Below the pieces are notes generated by a model. That model saw nothing but the letters and a program-made list of their open reading frames with translations, was not told the origin of the DNA and searched no databases. The position numbers and the translations under genes are program-made. Below are positions 51,189-60,999 of a DNA stretch of 64,000 nt, piece by piece. The stretch covers positions 1-64,000 of the forward strand of contig JAVYVS010000003.1 in assembly GCA_038727515.1 (NCBI GenBank). Direction: 5' to 3'. This stretch comes from Candidatus Methanomethylicia archaeon. Its GTDB lineage: Archaea; Thermoproteota; Methanomethylicia; Culexarchaeales; Culexarchaeaceae. Position 1 is the first letter of the stretch. Each line of letters begins with the position of its first letter.

Positions 51189-52001
51189 ATGAAGCCAATC
51201 CTGAGTAGAATAATATCAATAAGAGAAGAAGGTAAAGATAGAAAAACCATAACTGTTCTAAATAAACAGATTGCAAGAAATGCGACCCCAGGGCAATTCA
51301 TAATGGTATGGATACCTGGAGTAGATGAAATACCCATGGGAATATCATATATTGGAGAAGAGGAAATAGCATTTACAGTACATAGGGTAGGTGAAGCAAC
51401 AGCAGCATTACATGAAATGAAAGTGAATGATTATATTGGAATTAGAGGTCCTTATGGGAGAGGATTCAAAGAAGTAAATGGACGTATAATTATTATAGGT
51501 GGTGGAACTGGGATGGCCCCCTTAATGCCATTAGTAAGAAGATTAATTGAGAAAAGGGAAAATAAAGTTACAGTAATAAATGGTGCTAAAAGTGTAGATG
51601 AAATGATATATAGGGATGAACTCAATAAACTTATGAGTGAAGGAAGGATAAGATACATACCAGCCACCGAAGATGGAAGTTTAGGGTATCATGGATTAGC
51701 AACAGATGCTTTAGAAGAATTATTGAATGAAGATGAGAAGCCAGATGAAATATATGTATGTGGACCAGAAGTCATGATAAAAAAGGTTATGGAAATAGCA
51801 TTGAAAAAACAGGTACATATGCAAGCAGCCATAGAGAGATATATAAAGTGTGCCATAGGAATATGTGGTTCATGCGCTGTAGATCCCATAGGACTTAGAG
51901 TATGTGTTGAAGGTCCAGTGATACCATTAGAAATTTTAACAAAAATTTCAGAACTAGGGATGTATAAAAGAGAAGCTTCAGGGGCAAAGATAAAAATTTA
52001 A
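51189..52001 (+). CDS. pyrK: Dihydroorotate dehydrogenase electron transfer subunit
   Basis: PGQFIMVW, RGPYG, GGGTG.AP, C..G.CGSC. Confidence 0.93.
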   Translation: MKPILSRIISIREEGKDRKTITVLNKQIARNATPGQFIMVWIPGVDEIPMGISYIGEEEIAFTVHRVGEATAALHEMKVNDYIGIRGPYGRGFKEVNGRIIIIGGGTGMAPLMPLVRRLIEKRENKVTVINGAKSVDEMIYRDELNKLMSEGRIRYIPATEDGSLGYHGLATDALEELLNEDEKPDEIYVCGPEVMIKKVMEIALKKQVHMQAAIERYIKCAIGICGSCAVDPIGLRVCVEGPVIPLEILTKISELGMYKREASGAKIKI

Positions 52002-52031
52002 GCATCCTAGACAAATATTAATCTGATAATC

Positions 52032-52199
52032 ATGCCAAGCCACGGATCTTTAACTAAAGCGGGAAAAGTAAGATCAGCAACACCAAAAATACCAGCTAAA
52101 CCTAGAAGAAACTCTATACCTAGAATTGGAAAAAGGAAAAATTATTTTAGACGTGAAATCATGGGCGGAATCCCCTGGAGAAAGGAAAAAGCAAGTTAA
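52032..52199 (+). CDS. rps30e: 30S ribosomal protein S30e (not in the ORF track)
   Basis: MPSHGSLTKAGKVRSATPKIPAK. Confidence 0.93.
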   Translation: MPSHGSLTKAGKVRSATPKIPAKPRRNSIPRIGKRKNYFRREIMGGIPWRKEKAS

Positions 52200-52267
52200 A
52201 TAGAGGACAATAATTGTTGTGCATTTATGATTATCATTTTATTCTATTATTGAATATATTTAGTAGT

Positions 52268-52287
52268 TCACTCTACATCACTCTACA
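52268..52287. repeat. 10-bp tandem duplication TCACTCTACA x2
   Basis: Direct read, immediately upstream of tRNA-Leu(CAG). Confidence 0.6.
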
Positions 52288-52290
52288 TGA

Positions 52291-52388
52291 GCGGGGGTAG
52301 CCAAGCCAGGTCAAAGGCGCGAGGCTCAGAAGGAAACTGAGAAACCTCGTGGCATAGGCCTTCGTGGGTTCAAATCCCACCCCCCGCA
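52291..52388 (+). tRNA. tRNA-Leu(CAG) with 13-nt intron at 37/38 (52331..52343)
   Basis: CGAGG-CTCAGA[intron]A-CCTCG; BHB helix CTCA/TGAG; long variable arm. Confidence 0.9.
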
Positions 52389-52452
52389 TCAAATGTTTTA
52401 AATTGTGAAAAATATTTTAGGTTCATTATATGAGATTATATGTAGCTGAATT

Positions 52453-52848
52453 ATGAAAAGGATAAAAACTGGAGTTGCATTTAAAGAGGAGACTCTAAAG
52501 ATATTGAGTGAATATATGGAAAAGATGAAATTAAATAATAGATCTAAAGTAATTGATGAAGCTATTAAATTGTATCTTTCTGAAAGAGGGTTAATTATGG
52601 AGGATGGTTTCTTTGGTGGTGTAATAACAGTATATTTTGAGCATAAAGCAGAACAAGAGTTAACAGAGCTACAACATAAATTCTTAAGGATTGTTATATC
52701 AAACACACATGCACATTTAGATGAGGAAAATTGTATTGAAGCTATACTTGTAAAGGGGGATGCAAAAGAGATAAAGCAATTTATATCTGAATTGGAGAAG
52801 GTAAAGGGTTTAAATGCATTGAGGTTTAGCTTCTTTAGAATAGTTTAA
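52453..52848 (+). CDS. NikR-family ribbon-helix-helix regulator
   Basis: NRSKVI..AI RHH, LTELQH, THAHLDEENC.E. Confidence 0.88.
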   Translation: MKRIKTGVAFKEETLKILSEYMEKMKLNNRSKVIDEAIKLYLSERGLIMEDGFFGGVITVYFEHKAEQELTELQHKFLRIVISNTHAHLDEENCIEAILVKGDAKEIKQFISELEKVKGLNALRFSFFRIV

Positions 52849-53810
52849 GGGGATATTATCCCGGCAATCTTAGGAAATGGTACTGCATCCCATATAGCTT
52901 CTAAGCCACAAATGTATCTAGTTAATCTTTCAATACCTATTCCAAAACCGGCTGAGGGTGGAACTCCATCCTTTAATAATTCAAGATACCATTCATAATT
53001 TGAGGGGTTTTCACCACTTTTAATCATCCTTTCAATTACACGATCATATCTATATTCTCTTTCACCTCCAGAAATAGCTTCTCCATAACCCTCAGGATAT
53101 AATAAATCAAAATCCTTAAGTACCCCAAGTTTTTCATCACATTCCAAATAATAAAAGCCACGTGCAGTTATTGGGTAATTTACTATCCAAAATGGATGTT
53201 CATTTAATAGTGATATTGCTTCTTCAGCATCCCATGGAATTTCATCTCCATATTTTATGTTGTAACCCATGGATTTTAAAAGGTTTATAGCTTCATCATA
53301 TGTGTATCGTTTAAATGGTATTTTTGGAGGTTCTATATTCCTATTGAGCGATTTAAGTTCATTATGGCAATTTTCTAATACACAGTTAATCACATATTGA
53401 ATTAGTCTTTCTGCGAGGCGAATCATATCTTCACATGTTGCATGGGCAGATTCTATATCGATTTGTCTAAATTCAGTTAAATGCCTCTTTGTATGTATGG
53501 TTTCTGGAGGTTCTATCCTAATATTTGGGGAAAGTGAAAATATTTTGGGATAACATCTAATGGCCATTTGCTTATACAGAATCATACTACTCATAACTTT
53601 AAACTTAGAACCATAGTAATCTATGGTTAATTGTTTAGCTCCCCGTATACCTGGATCTGTACATGGACCTATTATTGGAGCTAGAATTTCTATAAAGCCT
53701 TCATTTCTCAAGAAATTTCTAATGGATGAAAGTATTTCATCTTGAATTCTTAAAATATGCTTGAATTTAGGTTCCTTAATCATAAGATGTCTACGAATAA
53801 CTGATTCCAC
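52845..53810 (-). CDS. Archaeal asparagine synthetase A (AsnRS catalytic-core paralog)
   Basis: Class II aaRS motifs (RHLTEF, SGGERE, SAGFGIGIERL), SSMILYKQ, no anticodon domain. Confidence 0.85.
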   Translation of the reverse strand: MESVIRRHLMIKEPKFKHILRIQDEILSSIRNFLRNEGFIEILAPIIGPCTDPGIRGAKQLTIDYYGSKFKVMSSMILYKQMAIRCYPKIFSLSPNIRIEPPETIHTKRHLTEFRQIDIESAHATCEDMIRLAERLIQYVINCVLENCHNELKSLNRNIEPPKIPFKRYTYDEAINLLKSMGYNIKYGDEIPWDAEEAISLLNEHPFWIVNYPITARGFYYLECDEKLGVLKDFDLLYPEGYGEAISGGEREYRYDRVIERMIKSGENPSNYEWYLELLKDGVPPSAGFGIGIERLTRYICGLEAIWDAVPFPKIAGIISP

Positions 53811-54036
53811 GAAAATCCCTTTATTAAAATAGTTATAGAGAATGCTATAAATTTTAATCAAAAATAATTGTAAAAAATGTAAATATAGAAGGACAATGTA
53901 ATAAATATATGTATTATATACTTTAGTTTATGTTATAAAATGTAAAAAATACTATTATAGCTATAAGTAAAACCCCAATAGAAATATAGGTGACAAATGT
54001 AATATAAAATAATGCATAGAAGACGGGGAGAGAATA

Positions 54037-55233
54037 TTGTCTAAAAAGCTAGATGAGTTGTTTTCAAAGATCATGCATTCTAAAATATTTGAGAATAGAG
54101 ATATGTTGAGACCAGATTATATTCCAGATGAACTACCACATAGAGAAAAACAAATACTCACACTAGCAAAAATACTTGCACCAATATTGCAAGGTCAAAG
54201 ACCATCAAACGTATTCATATATGGATTAACTGGAACTGGGAAAACTGCAGTTGCAAAATATGTTTTAGAAAATATTAAAAGTAGAAAGGAAGTTTCGGGG
54301 AAGATGGCAACAGCATATATAAATTGTAGATATGATGATACTGATTATAGAGTACTTGCAACATTAAATGAAACTATAGGGATACGTATCCCATTTACAG
54401 GATTAGCAACAGCAGAAGTTTACAAGAGGTTTGTTAATGGACTTGATAATAAAAAGATTTCAATGATAGTAGTATTAGATGAGATAGATGCATTGGTGAA
54501 GAAATGTGGAGATGAAGTATTATACAAATTGACTAGGATAAATACTGAACTAAAAAATAGTAGGGTATGTGTAATAGGGATAACGAACGATCTAAGATTT
54601 ACAGATTTCTTAAGTGCAAGAGTATTAAGTAGTTTAGGAGAAGAAGAAATAGTCTTCCCACCATATACAGCACCAGAACTTGAAGATATACTTATTAGAA
54701 GAGCTTCAAAGGCTTTCAAGCCCAATGTATTAGAAGATGGAGTTATAAAACTGTGCGCAGCATTAGCAGCAAAAGAACATGGAGATGCTAGAAGAGCATT
54801 AGAACTATTAAGAATAGCTGGAGAAATAGCTGAAAGAGAAGGTAAAGATAAAGTAACCATTGAAAATGTGAAACAAGCATACAAAGAGATAGAAAGAGAT
54901 AGAGAAATAGAAGCCATAAATAGTTTACCCTTACATTCAAAGATCATATTAGCAGCAATATATAAATTGCAGAAAATGGAAAAGAAAGAGATAACAACTG
55001 GAGAAATATATGATACATACAAAGCCTTATGCGAGAAAACAAAGATAGAACCACTAACTCAAAGAAGGGTTGGAGACTTAATAAATGAGTTAGATACTCT
55101 TGGGATAATAAATGCAAAAATAGTGAGTAGAGGAAGATATGGAAGAACCAAAATAATAAAATTGAGTGTAAGTGATAAAAGTATAAGGGAAAGTTTACTC
55201 AGTGATGAAAATATATTGAGGGTATTAACGTAA
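54037..55233 (+). CDS. cdc6: Orc1/Cdc6 replication initiator
   Basis: LPHRE, GLTGTGKT, LDEID, HGDAR, GRYGRT winged helix. Confidence 0.96.
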   Translation: MSKKLDELFSKIMHSKIFENRDMLRPDYIPDELPHREKQILTLAKILAPILQGQRPSNVFIYGLTGTGKTAVAKYVLENIKSRKEVSGKMATAYINCRYDDTDYRVLATLNETIGIRIPFTGLATAEVYKRFVNGLDNKKISMIVVLDEIDALVKKCGDEVLYKLTRINTELKNSRVCVIGITNDLRFTDFLSARVLSSLGEEEIVFPPYTAPELEDILIRRASKAFKPNVLEDGVIKLCAALAAKEHGDARRALELLRIAGEIAEREGKDKVTIENVKQAYKEIERDREIEAINSLPLHSKIILAAIYKLQKMEKKEITTGEIYDTYKALCEKTKIEPLTQRRVGDLINELDTLGIINAKIVSRGRYGRTKIIKLSVSDKSIRESLLSDENILRVLT

Positions 55234-55815
55234 ATGAAGATATTAGCTTTTGAAGATGGGAAAATTTCAAAGAAGGAAAAGGATAAAACAATACTTGTAG
55301 GAGTAAAAACAAAAAATACAATACTTGAAGATGTATTCTTTAAAGAAATAGATGTTGATGGACTGGATGCTACAGATAAAGCCATCGATATAATAGATGA
55401 AGCAAAACCAATAAACATAGTATTACTAAATGGAATATCATATGCAGGATTCAATTTAATGGATGCAGAAAGAATATGGAAAGAAACAGAAATACCAGTA
55501 ATAATATATACTAGGAAGAAGCCAAATAACAAAGAAGTAATTTCAGCATTAATAAAACATTTTCCAGATTGGCGTGAAAGATGGAACATAATAAAGAGAA
55601 CATTAAAAATATCGAAAGGAATACATCAAATTAAGATAAAGGAAAATGAAAAAGAAGTGTACATTGAAAATATTGGAATAGATATAGGAGAAGCAATTAG
55701 AATATTGAGGGAGAACACCCTATGGGGTAGAAAACCAGAACCAATAAGGATTGCAGAAATAATTGCTAAGGAAGCTTCAAAAATATACATTCAAATTAAA
55801 GTTAAAAATATATGA
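55234..55815 (+). CDS. DUF99 family (endonuclease V-like) protein
   Basis: VDGLDAT, GISYAGFN, PEPIRIA. Confidence 0.85.
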   Translation: MKILAFEDGKISKKEKDKTILVGVKTKNTILEDVFFKEIDVDGLDATDKAIDIIDEAKPINIVLLNGISYAGFNLMDAERIWKETEIPVIIYTRKKPNNKEVISALIKHFPDWRERWNIIKRTLKISKGIHQIKIKENEKEVYIENIGIDIGEAIRILRENTLWGRKPEPIRIAEIIAKEASKIYIQIKVKNI

Positions 55816-55844
55816 AGAATAAATCTAATTTATTCTTTAGAAGT

Positions 55845-55921
55845 GCCTCGGTAGCTCAGCTCGGTAGAGCGGCGGCCTTGTAAGCCGTTGGTCGCGGGTT
55901 CAAATCCCGCCCGAGGCTCCA
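55845..55921 (+). tRNA. tRNA-Thr(UGU)
   Basis: GCGGC-CTTGTAA-GCCGT; encoded CCA. Confidence 0.95.
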
Positions 55922-56431
55922 ATACTCCTAGTTCTAGAGCCCTATACATAGCCTCTCCTTTTAAATCTTCGGTACAAAGTTTAGTGTGATAGCGGATATA
56001 CATGATGATGCTGCTGGGAGGCTTGGTGCTGCCAGGTCTAGGCTGAGTCAATATGCGGAGAAAACATTGTATTGAGGTTGTATGAGGCCTTCTTGGGATG
56101 TGCTTGCCCCTGAGAGGAGTGGGCATTGAAGATACGCTTGAGCACATGGAGCTGCGCGTCAAGCTGATGATTCCACCCTCATAAAGATCTTCATTAAATT
56201 TCCAGATCTCTTATTAGCGGAGCATCATGTTCTACGCTCTCCTGAATATGAATTTTTATAGGAGGTGGACTTAAAGGAAGTAATGGACTTCTATGGGTTG
56301 AGGATGAGAAAACCATCATTCCCAAATACAATACCATGAAGATAAGAGAATGACTTTAACAAATATTATGAACCAAGATAATTTTATTACTTATTAAACT
56401 TTTAATTTATAGTAGGATTTGTAGTATTTGG

Positions 56432-56508
56432 GGGCCGGTAGCTCAGTCTGGAAGAGCATCCGCTTGGCATGCGGGGGGTCGCGGGTTCAAATCCCGCCCG
56501 GTCCACCA
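56432..56508 (+). tRNA. tRNA-Ala(GGC)
   Basis: G3:U70 pair, TCCGC-TTGGCAT-GCGGG, encoded CCA. Confidence 0.95.
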
Positions 56509-56808
56509 CCATTCTGGTTTAATACAATCTCTTAAAACTTCCTTTTATTACCCCATTTTGGTGGTTATTGATTGATAGGCTGATTTATTGTGATTATTTA
56601 CTTATGTTAAGTATTGGTATAAGATATAAAGGATATGGTCCATGATATAAAGTGGTCGCTTCTTACGAATAATTCAAGCTATCATTACTCCAAATGAAAT
56701 TAAGTTAATAATCAGTGTACATATTTTTAGGTTACTTCATGAATTCTATTCATATTAAACCTTTGAAAATTATGAAGAACATTTATTTAGAAGACCTAAT
56801 AAATCTAC

Positions 56809-56870
56809 TATAGATGATGTGAAGAGGGTCAATGAGGTTAAACCGATGATTAACGCTGGAAACACTGATT
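56809..56870 (+). ncRNA. Candidate C/D box sRNA
   Basis: TAGATGA(C)-14 nt-ATGA(D')-GGTTAAAC-CGATGA(C')-15 nt-CTGA(D). Confidence 0.5.
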
Positions 56871-57570
56871 AACCCCATATGTCTTTGTATAGTCCAATTT
56901 CAATTTCATATTGATGTACTACTATTGCAGCAACAACCCATGCATCAAGAGTTTCTGGATAAATGGAGCATTTCATATCTGCTAAGGATAAATTTTCTTC
57001 AGAAAATTCTCCACTTTGAAATCCACCAATTATGATTACTGGATTACTTTCATTAACCAATACTTTCGCTATTTGATTTGGAGTTAATCTCTCTCCAGCA
57101 GAGGTTAGTATGATTGTTTTTGATGGAGAAATATCCTTTATTAAGCTTTTTAAATCTGAACTCCTTAAAGTCATTAGGGATTTTACATTTTTAGGTGGAA
57201 CACGTTTTTCTTTAAACAATTGTTCAATTAATCCAATAAATCTATTGTAGTTTCTCGGTAAACGTATTGTCGGGTCTATGTCTATAACAAAGTCGTTTAT
57301 TGTGTGGACATATACTTTTATTAATCCCCGTTTGTTTGCTGGAAATCCTAATATGTTTAATAGGGTTAAATGTGTTATATCAGGTCTACCCCTCTTCCAA
57401 AATTTATCAATAGATTTCATAGCTTTATAATGTCGTGAAATATCTAAAAGTATTTCATCACTTTTTTTTCTTCTTCTCTTAGCATCTCGTACAATTATTG
57501 GATCATTGGAGATTTCTTTAGGTACAAGTTCAAGAGCAGCCTCTCCAATAATTATATTTAAAGGGGGCAG
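56869..57570 (-). CDS. nep1: 16S rRNA pseudouridine N1-methyltransferase Nep1
   Basis: EAALELVP, RGRPDI.H, RLPRNYNRF.GL.EQL, IGGF..G; start inferred at CTG 57570. Confidence 0.9.
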   Translation of the reverse strand: MPPLNIIIGEAALELVPKEISNDPIIVRDAKRRRKKSDEILLDISRHYKAMKSIDKFWKRGRPDITHLTLLNILGFPANKRGLIKVYVHTINDFVIDIDPTIRLPRNYNRFIGLIEQLFKEKRVPPKNVKSLMTLRSSDLKSLIKDISPSKTIILTSAGERLTPNQIAKVLVNESNPVIIIGGFQSGEFSEENLSLADMKCSIYPETLDAWVVAAIVVHQYEIEIGLYKDIWG

Positions 57571-57616
57571 ATTTATCCACCAAATAAATATTAGTTTTTT
57601 TAAATCTATTAATTTA

Positions 57617-57937
57617 GTGTGGAGAAGAGTGCGTGAAATAGGTAGGGAACGTATAGAACGTCTATTTAAAATGGCGGAAGAGATATTCCATGAATATCCA
57701 GAGTTAGCTGATAGATATGTAGAGTTAGCACGTAAGATAAGTATGAAAGCTAGAATACGAATACCAAAAAAATGGAGAAGAAGATTTTGCCACAAGTGTT
57801 ATGCATTCCTTGTAGCGGGGGTTAATTGCCACGTAAGAATCAAACCTAGAAGGTCTCCTCATATAGTAGTCACATGTCATAGATGTGGAAATAAAATGAG
57901 GTATTTAATAAAGAGAAGAGTTCGAAAAGATGAATAA
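57617..57937 (+). CDS. rnp4: RNase P protein component 4 (Rpp21)
   Basis: ERIERLF, RYVELA..I, FC.KC...L..G, TC..CG...RY; start uncertain (GTG 57617 or 57629). Confidence 0.9.
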   Translation: MWRRVREIGRERIERLFKMAEEIFHEYPELADRYVELARKISMKARIRIPKKWRRRFCHKCYAFLVAGVNCHVRIKPRRSPHIVVTCHRCGNKMRYLIKRRVRKDE

Positions 57938-57987
57938 TTTAAGAAAACTATTTATAAGTCTGTCTCATGCTTATTCATTTGAAAACT

Positions 57988-58284
57988 ATGGATGAAAAGA
58001 TTAGTGAAAAGAAGAAGATGAAGATAATTGCTGTAAGAGATGAAGCACCAAAAATAAACATAGGAAAGAATGGGTTAACAGAAAATATTTTAAATGAAAT
58101 AGATAGGCAGCTTAACGAACATGAAGTTGTAAAAATAAAATTTTTAAGATCTATGCCTCTAATAGATGAAATTGACATAAAAGATTTAGGAAGAAAAATA
58201 TCATCAACGCTCAGCGCAGAAATAATAGATATTAGGGGAAAAACGATAACATTATATAGAAAGCAAAGAATTTATAAGAGATGA
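57988..58284 (+). CDS. YhbY/CRM RNA-binding protein
   Basis: INIGKNGLT, HEVVKIK, RGKT.TLYR. Confidence 0.88.
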   Translation: MDEKISEKKKMKIIAVRDEAPKINIGKNGLTENILNEIDRQLNEHEVVKIKFLRSMPLIDEIDIKDLGRKISSTLSAEIIDIRGKTITLYRKQRIYKR

Positions 58285-58322
58285 TTACGATTGAAGACTG
58301 ATTAAAAATTTGGTGATGCTCA

Positions 58323-58805
58323 ATGGTTTCACCTAAAGCAGTTCCAGCAGAAAAATTGATAATGGAGTTAGCTGAGAATCTAAAGAATAATTACCCACAA
58401 ATAAAACCTCCACAATGGGCACAATATGTGAAAACAGGTGTTCATAGAGAGAGAATTCCAGAAAATCCAGATTGGTGGTATATTCGTGCAGCAGCAATAC
58501 TGCGAAAAATATATTTACAGGGGCATGTAGGGGTTGAAACTCTTAGGATAAAGTTTGGAGGAAGAAAACAAAGAGGAACGAAAAAGAGCCACTTTAGAAA
58601 GGGAGGAGGGAAAATTATTAGAAAGATTTTACAACAACTTGAAGGGGCAAAGCTTATTAGAAGAGTAGAGGGAAAGGGAAGGACTCTAACTCCAGAAGGT
58701 TTATCACTATTACATAGAACTTCAAATAAGATATTTAGAAGCTTAATAAAAGATAACCCAGAGTTAAGAAAGTACATTGTAATTAAAGAAGCAAAAACAA
58801 AATGA
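58323..58805 (+). CDS. rps19e: 30S ribosomal protein S19e
   Basis: WAQYVKTG..RE..P...DWWYIRAAAILRK. Confidence 0.96.
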   Translation: MVSPKAVPAEKLIMELAENLKNNYPQIKPPQWAQYVKTGVHRERIPENPDWWYIRAAAILRKIYLQGHVGVETLRIKFGGRKQRGTKKSHFRKGGGKIIRKILQQLEGAKLIRRVEGKGRTLTPEGLSLLHRTSNKIFRSLIKDNPELRKYIVIKEAKTK

Positions 58806-58820
58806 TTTGGAGGGGGAACA

Positions 58821-59174
58821 ATGAATAAAATTGAAGATGAATATGAGGAATATGATGAAGAATTAGAAGAAATAAGACGGAGAAGAGTAGAAGAACTTAG
58901 AAGAAAGATAGAGGAAGCAAAAAAGAGGGAGGCTATTGAGGCTGCAAAGCAAGAGGCATTAAGAAGGATTTTAACACCAGAAGCTAGAAGTAGATTAGCG
59001 AATTTAAAGATGGTTAAACCAGAACTTGTTGAACAATTGGAATTGCAATTGATACAGTTAGCACAGAGTGGTAGAATACAAATACCGATAACAGACGAAC
59101 AATTAAAAAGCATTCTACTTCAATTAACTAGTAAGAGGACACAGACAAAAATTATATGGAGGAGGGAAGAGTAG
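58821..59174 (+). CDS. PDCD5-like DNA-binding protein
   Basis: [20 protein letters not shown]. Confidence 0.92.
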   Translation: MNKIEDEYEEYDEELEEIRRRRVEELRRKIEEAKKREAIEAAKQEALRRILTPEARSRLANLKMVKPELVEQLELQLIQLAQSGRIQIPITDEQLKSILLQLTSKRTQTKIIWRREE

Positions 59175-59177
59175 TCT

Positions 59178-59333
59178 ATGGCACGTTATAAACCTTTAGG
59201 TAGAAAACTTAGATTGGCAAAAGCTAATAAACAAAATTCACCAGTTCCACTATGGGTTATTGTTAAGACAAGAGGCAAATTTAGGAGGCACCCAAAACTT
59301 AGACATTGGCGACAAACAAAATTAAAATTGTGA
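59178..59333 (+). CDS. rpl39e: 50S ribosomal protein L39e (not in the ORF track)
   Basis: [29 protein letters not shown]...RHWR. Confidence 0.95.
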   Translation: MARYKPLGRKLRLAKANKQNSPVPLWVIVKTRGKFRRHPKLRHWRQTKLKL

Positions 59334-59342
59334 GGGAGAATT

Positions 59343-59624
59343 ATGAGTAAGGGAAAGGAAGAAATAGTATTGGAGCGTATATACACTATACCATTAAGAA
59401 TAGCTTACATGGTACCTAGAAATAAAAGGACGCCAAGAGCTGTAAGATTTATAAGATCATTTTTAGCAAAACACATGAAAAGTGATAAAATAATAATAAC
59501 GCCAGAATTGAATGAGATTTTATGGGCTAGAGGAATTCAGAAACCACCAAGAAAAATAAGGGTTAGAGTAACTAAAGATTCTGAGGGGATTGTAAAAGCA
59601 TATCCATTTACTGAAAACAATTGA
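59343..59624 (+). CDS. rpl31e: 50S ribosomal protein L31e
   Basis: ERIYTIPLR, LNEILWARGIQKPP.KIRV. Confidence 0.95.
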   Translation: MSKGKEEIVLERIYTIPLRIAYMVPRNKRTPRAVRFIRSFLAKHMKSDKIIITPELNEILWARGIQKPPRKIRVRVTKDSEGIVKAYPFTENN

Positions 59625-59636
59625 GGGAATATAAAT

Positions 59637-60305
59637 TTGATAGAGAGACTCTCAATTTATGGAAGTAATAATATAGGGGTATTTTTCTCCCCAACTGATA
59701 AATATGTATTAGCACCATCAAATATACCATATAAAGTAGTAAACATATTAGAAGAGGTATTGAAAGTTAAAATTTTGCAAATTAATTTATGTGATTCCGT
59801 GCTTCTAGGGGTATTAACTGCTGGAAATTCAAATGGGTTAGTAGTTCCATATTATACATCAACAGAAGAATTGAATTATCTAAGATCAGAATTAAACATA
59901 AATGTAGAACCAATGCCAAGTAAGATAACAGCTTTAGGAAATGTAATTCTGGCGAATGATAATGCTGCTATAGTAAGTCCAGAATTAGATAGAAAGGATG
60001 TTGAAATCATAAGAGATGTATTAGATGTAGAAGTTGAAAAGTTCACCATAGCTGGATACAAAGTTGTTGGATCAGTTGGAGTAGCAAATAACAGGGGATG
60101 TATAGTGCATCCAATGGCATCAGAAGAAGAACTAAAAAATATAAGTGAGATACTAAAAGTAAAAGTGGATGTTGGAACTGTTAATGCAGGGTTCCCAATA
60201 GTGGGGGTTGGAATAGTGGCTAATTCTAATGGAATACTTGTTGGAAGCGCATCCACAGGTCCTGAAATAGCACATATAGAAAGAGTCTTGGAGGGGTTGA
60301 TTTAA
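59637..60305 (+). CDS. eif6: Translation initiation factor 6
   Basis: ALGNVILAND, VGS..VANN.G..VHP, GTVN.G. Confidence 0.95.
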   Translation: MIERLSIYGSNNIGVFFSPTDKYVLAPSNIPYKVVNILEEVLKVKILQINLCDSVLLGVLTAGNSNGLVVPYYTSTEELNYLRSELNINVEPMPSKITALGNVILANDNAAIVSPELDRKDVEIIRDVLDVEVEKFTIAGYKVVGSVGVANNRGCIVHPMASEEELKNISEILKVKVDVGTVNAGFPIVGVGIVANSNGILVGSASTGPEIAHIERVLEGLI

Positions 60306-60308
60306 ATT

Positions 60309-60554
60309 ATGAGTATAAACATATATCGTGTAAAAGGTGATATAACACTTAGAAATGGAGAAACTATGAAATTCACATTAGATATTCCAGGATTAATTCC
60401 AGAGCATGCAATTGAAAGAGCATATTCAAGTTTAGGCAGTATACATAGGGTTAAAAGAGGGAACATAAGAATCACCTCGATAGAAGTTATAAATCCAAAA
60501 GATACGAAAAATAGTTTAATACAAAGCTTATGGAGGGAAAAGATGCATGAGTGA
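60309..60554 (+). CDS. rplX: 50S ribosomal protein LX (L18a/L20e)
   Basis: YRVKG, A.E..YS.LGS.H.VKR..I.I. Confidence 0.9.
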   Translation: MSINIYRVKGDITLRNGETMKFTLDIPGLIPEHAIERAYSSLGSIHRVKRGNIRITSIEVINPKDTKNSLIQSLWREKMHE

Positions 60555-60993
60555 TATAAGTGAAAAGAAGATTGAAGAAGAAGCTGGAAGAATATATGCT
60601 CAGATAAATATGCTTAACTCAATTGCAGAATCATTAAAGGAGCAAAGTGAAGCTATACAAAAGCAATTAATAGACCTACAACTTTCACTTGAAACATTAA
60701 ATGAAATAAGTAAAATAGAGAAAAACTGTAGAGTAATTTTACCGCTTGGATCATCGATAATGGTGGATGCAATAATAATAGATAATGAAAATGCTTATAT
60801 CAATGTTGGTTCCAATGTAATAATTAAGAGACCAAACCAATACGTAAAGGAAATACTTGAAAAGAGGATGGAAATACTTCAGAAACAACAAATTGAAATA
60901 CAACAAAAATTAAATGAAACCATAAGTGGTATACAATATCTTCAAAATCAATTAAGCACATTACTTCAACAATTAAAAGAGAGAAAAGGATGA
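60547..60993 (+). CDS. pfdA: Prefoldin alpha subunit
   Basis: Coiled coil, beta hairpins (LPLGS, INVGS), coiled coil; operon context. Confidence 0.9.
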   Translation: MSDISEKKIEEEAGRIYAQINMLNSIAESLKEQSEAIQKQLIDLQLSLETLNEISKIEKNCRVILPLGSSIMVDAIIIDNENAYINVGSNVIIKRPNQYVKEILEKRMEILQKQQIEIQQKLNETISGIQYLQNQLSTLLQQLKERKG

Positions 60994-60999
60994 TCAATA

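Noticed and set aside
56001-56046. ATGATGA...CTGA as another C/D sRNA
   Set aside because: No recognisable internal D'/C' boxes or terminal stem
55830-56162. 110-aa minus-strand ORF
   Set aside because: Its C-terminus is the antisense of tRNA-Thr (EPRAGFEPAT), a known artefact
57571-57795. Long N-terminal extension of the nep1 ORF
   Set aside because: Antisense to rnp4, with no Nep1 similarity
58442-59113. 223-aa antisense ORF and the many similar shadow ORFs across the window
   Set aside because: They lie opposite well-supported genes and have S/F/I/L-rich shadow composition
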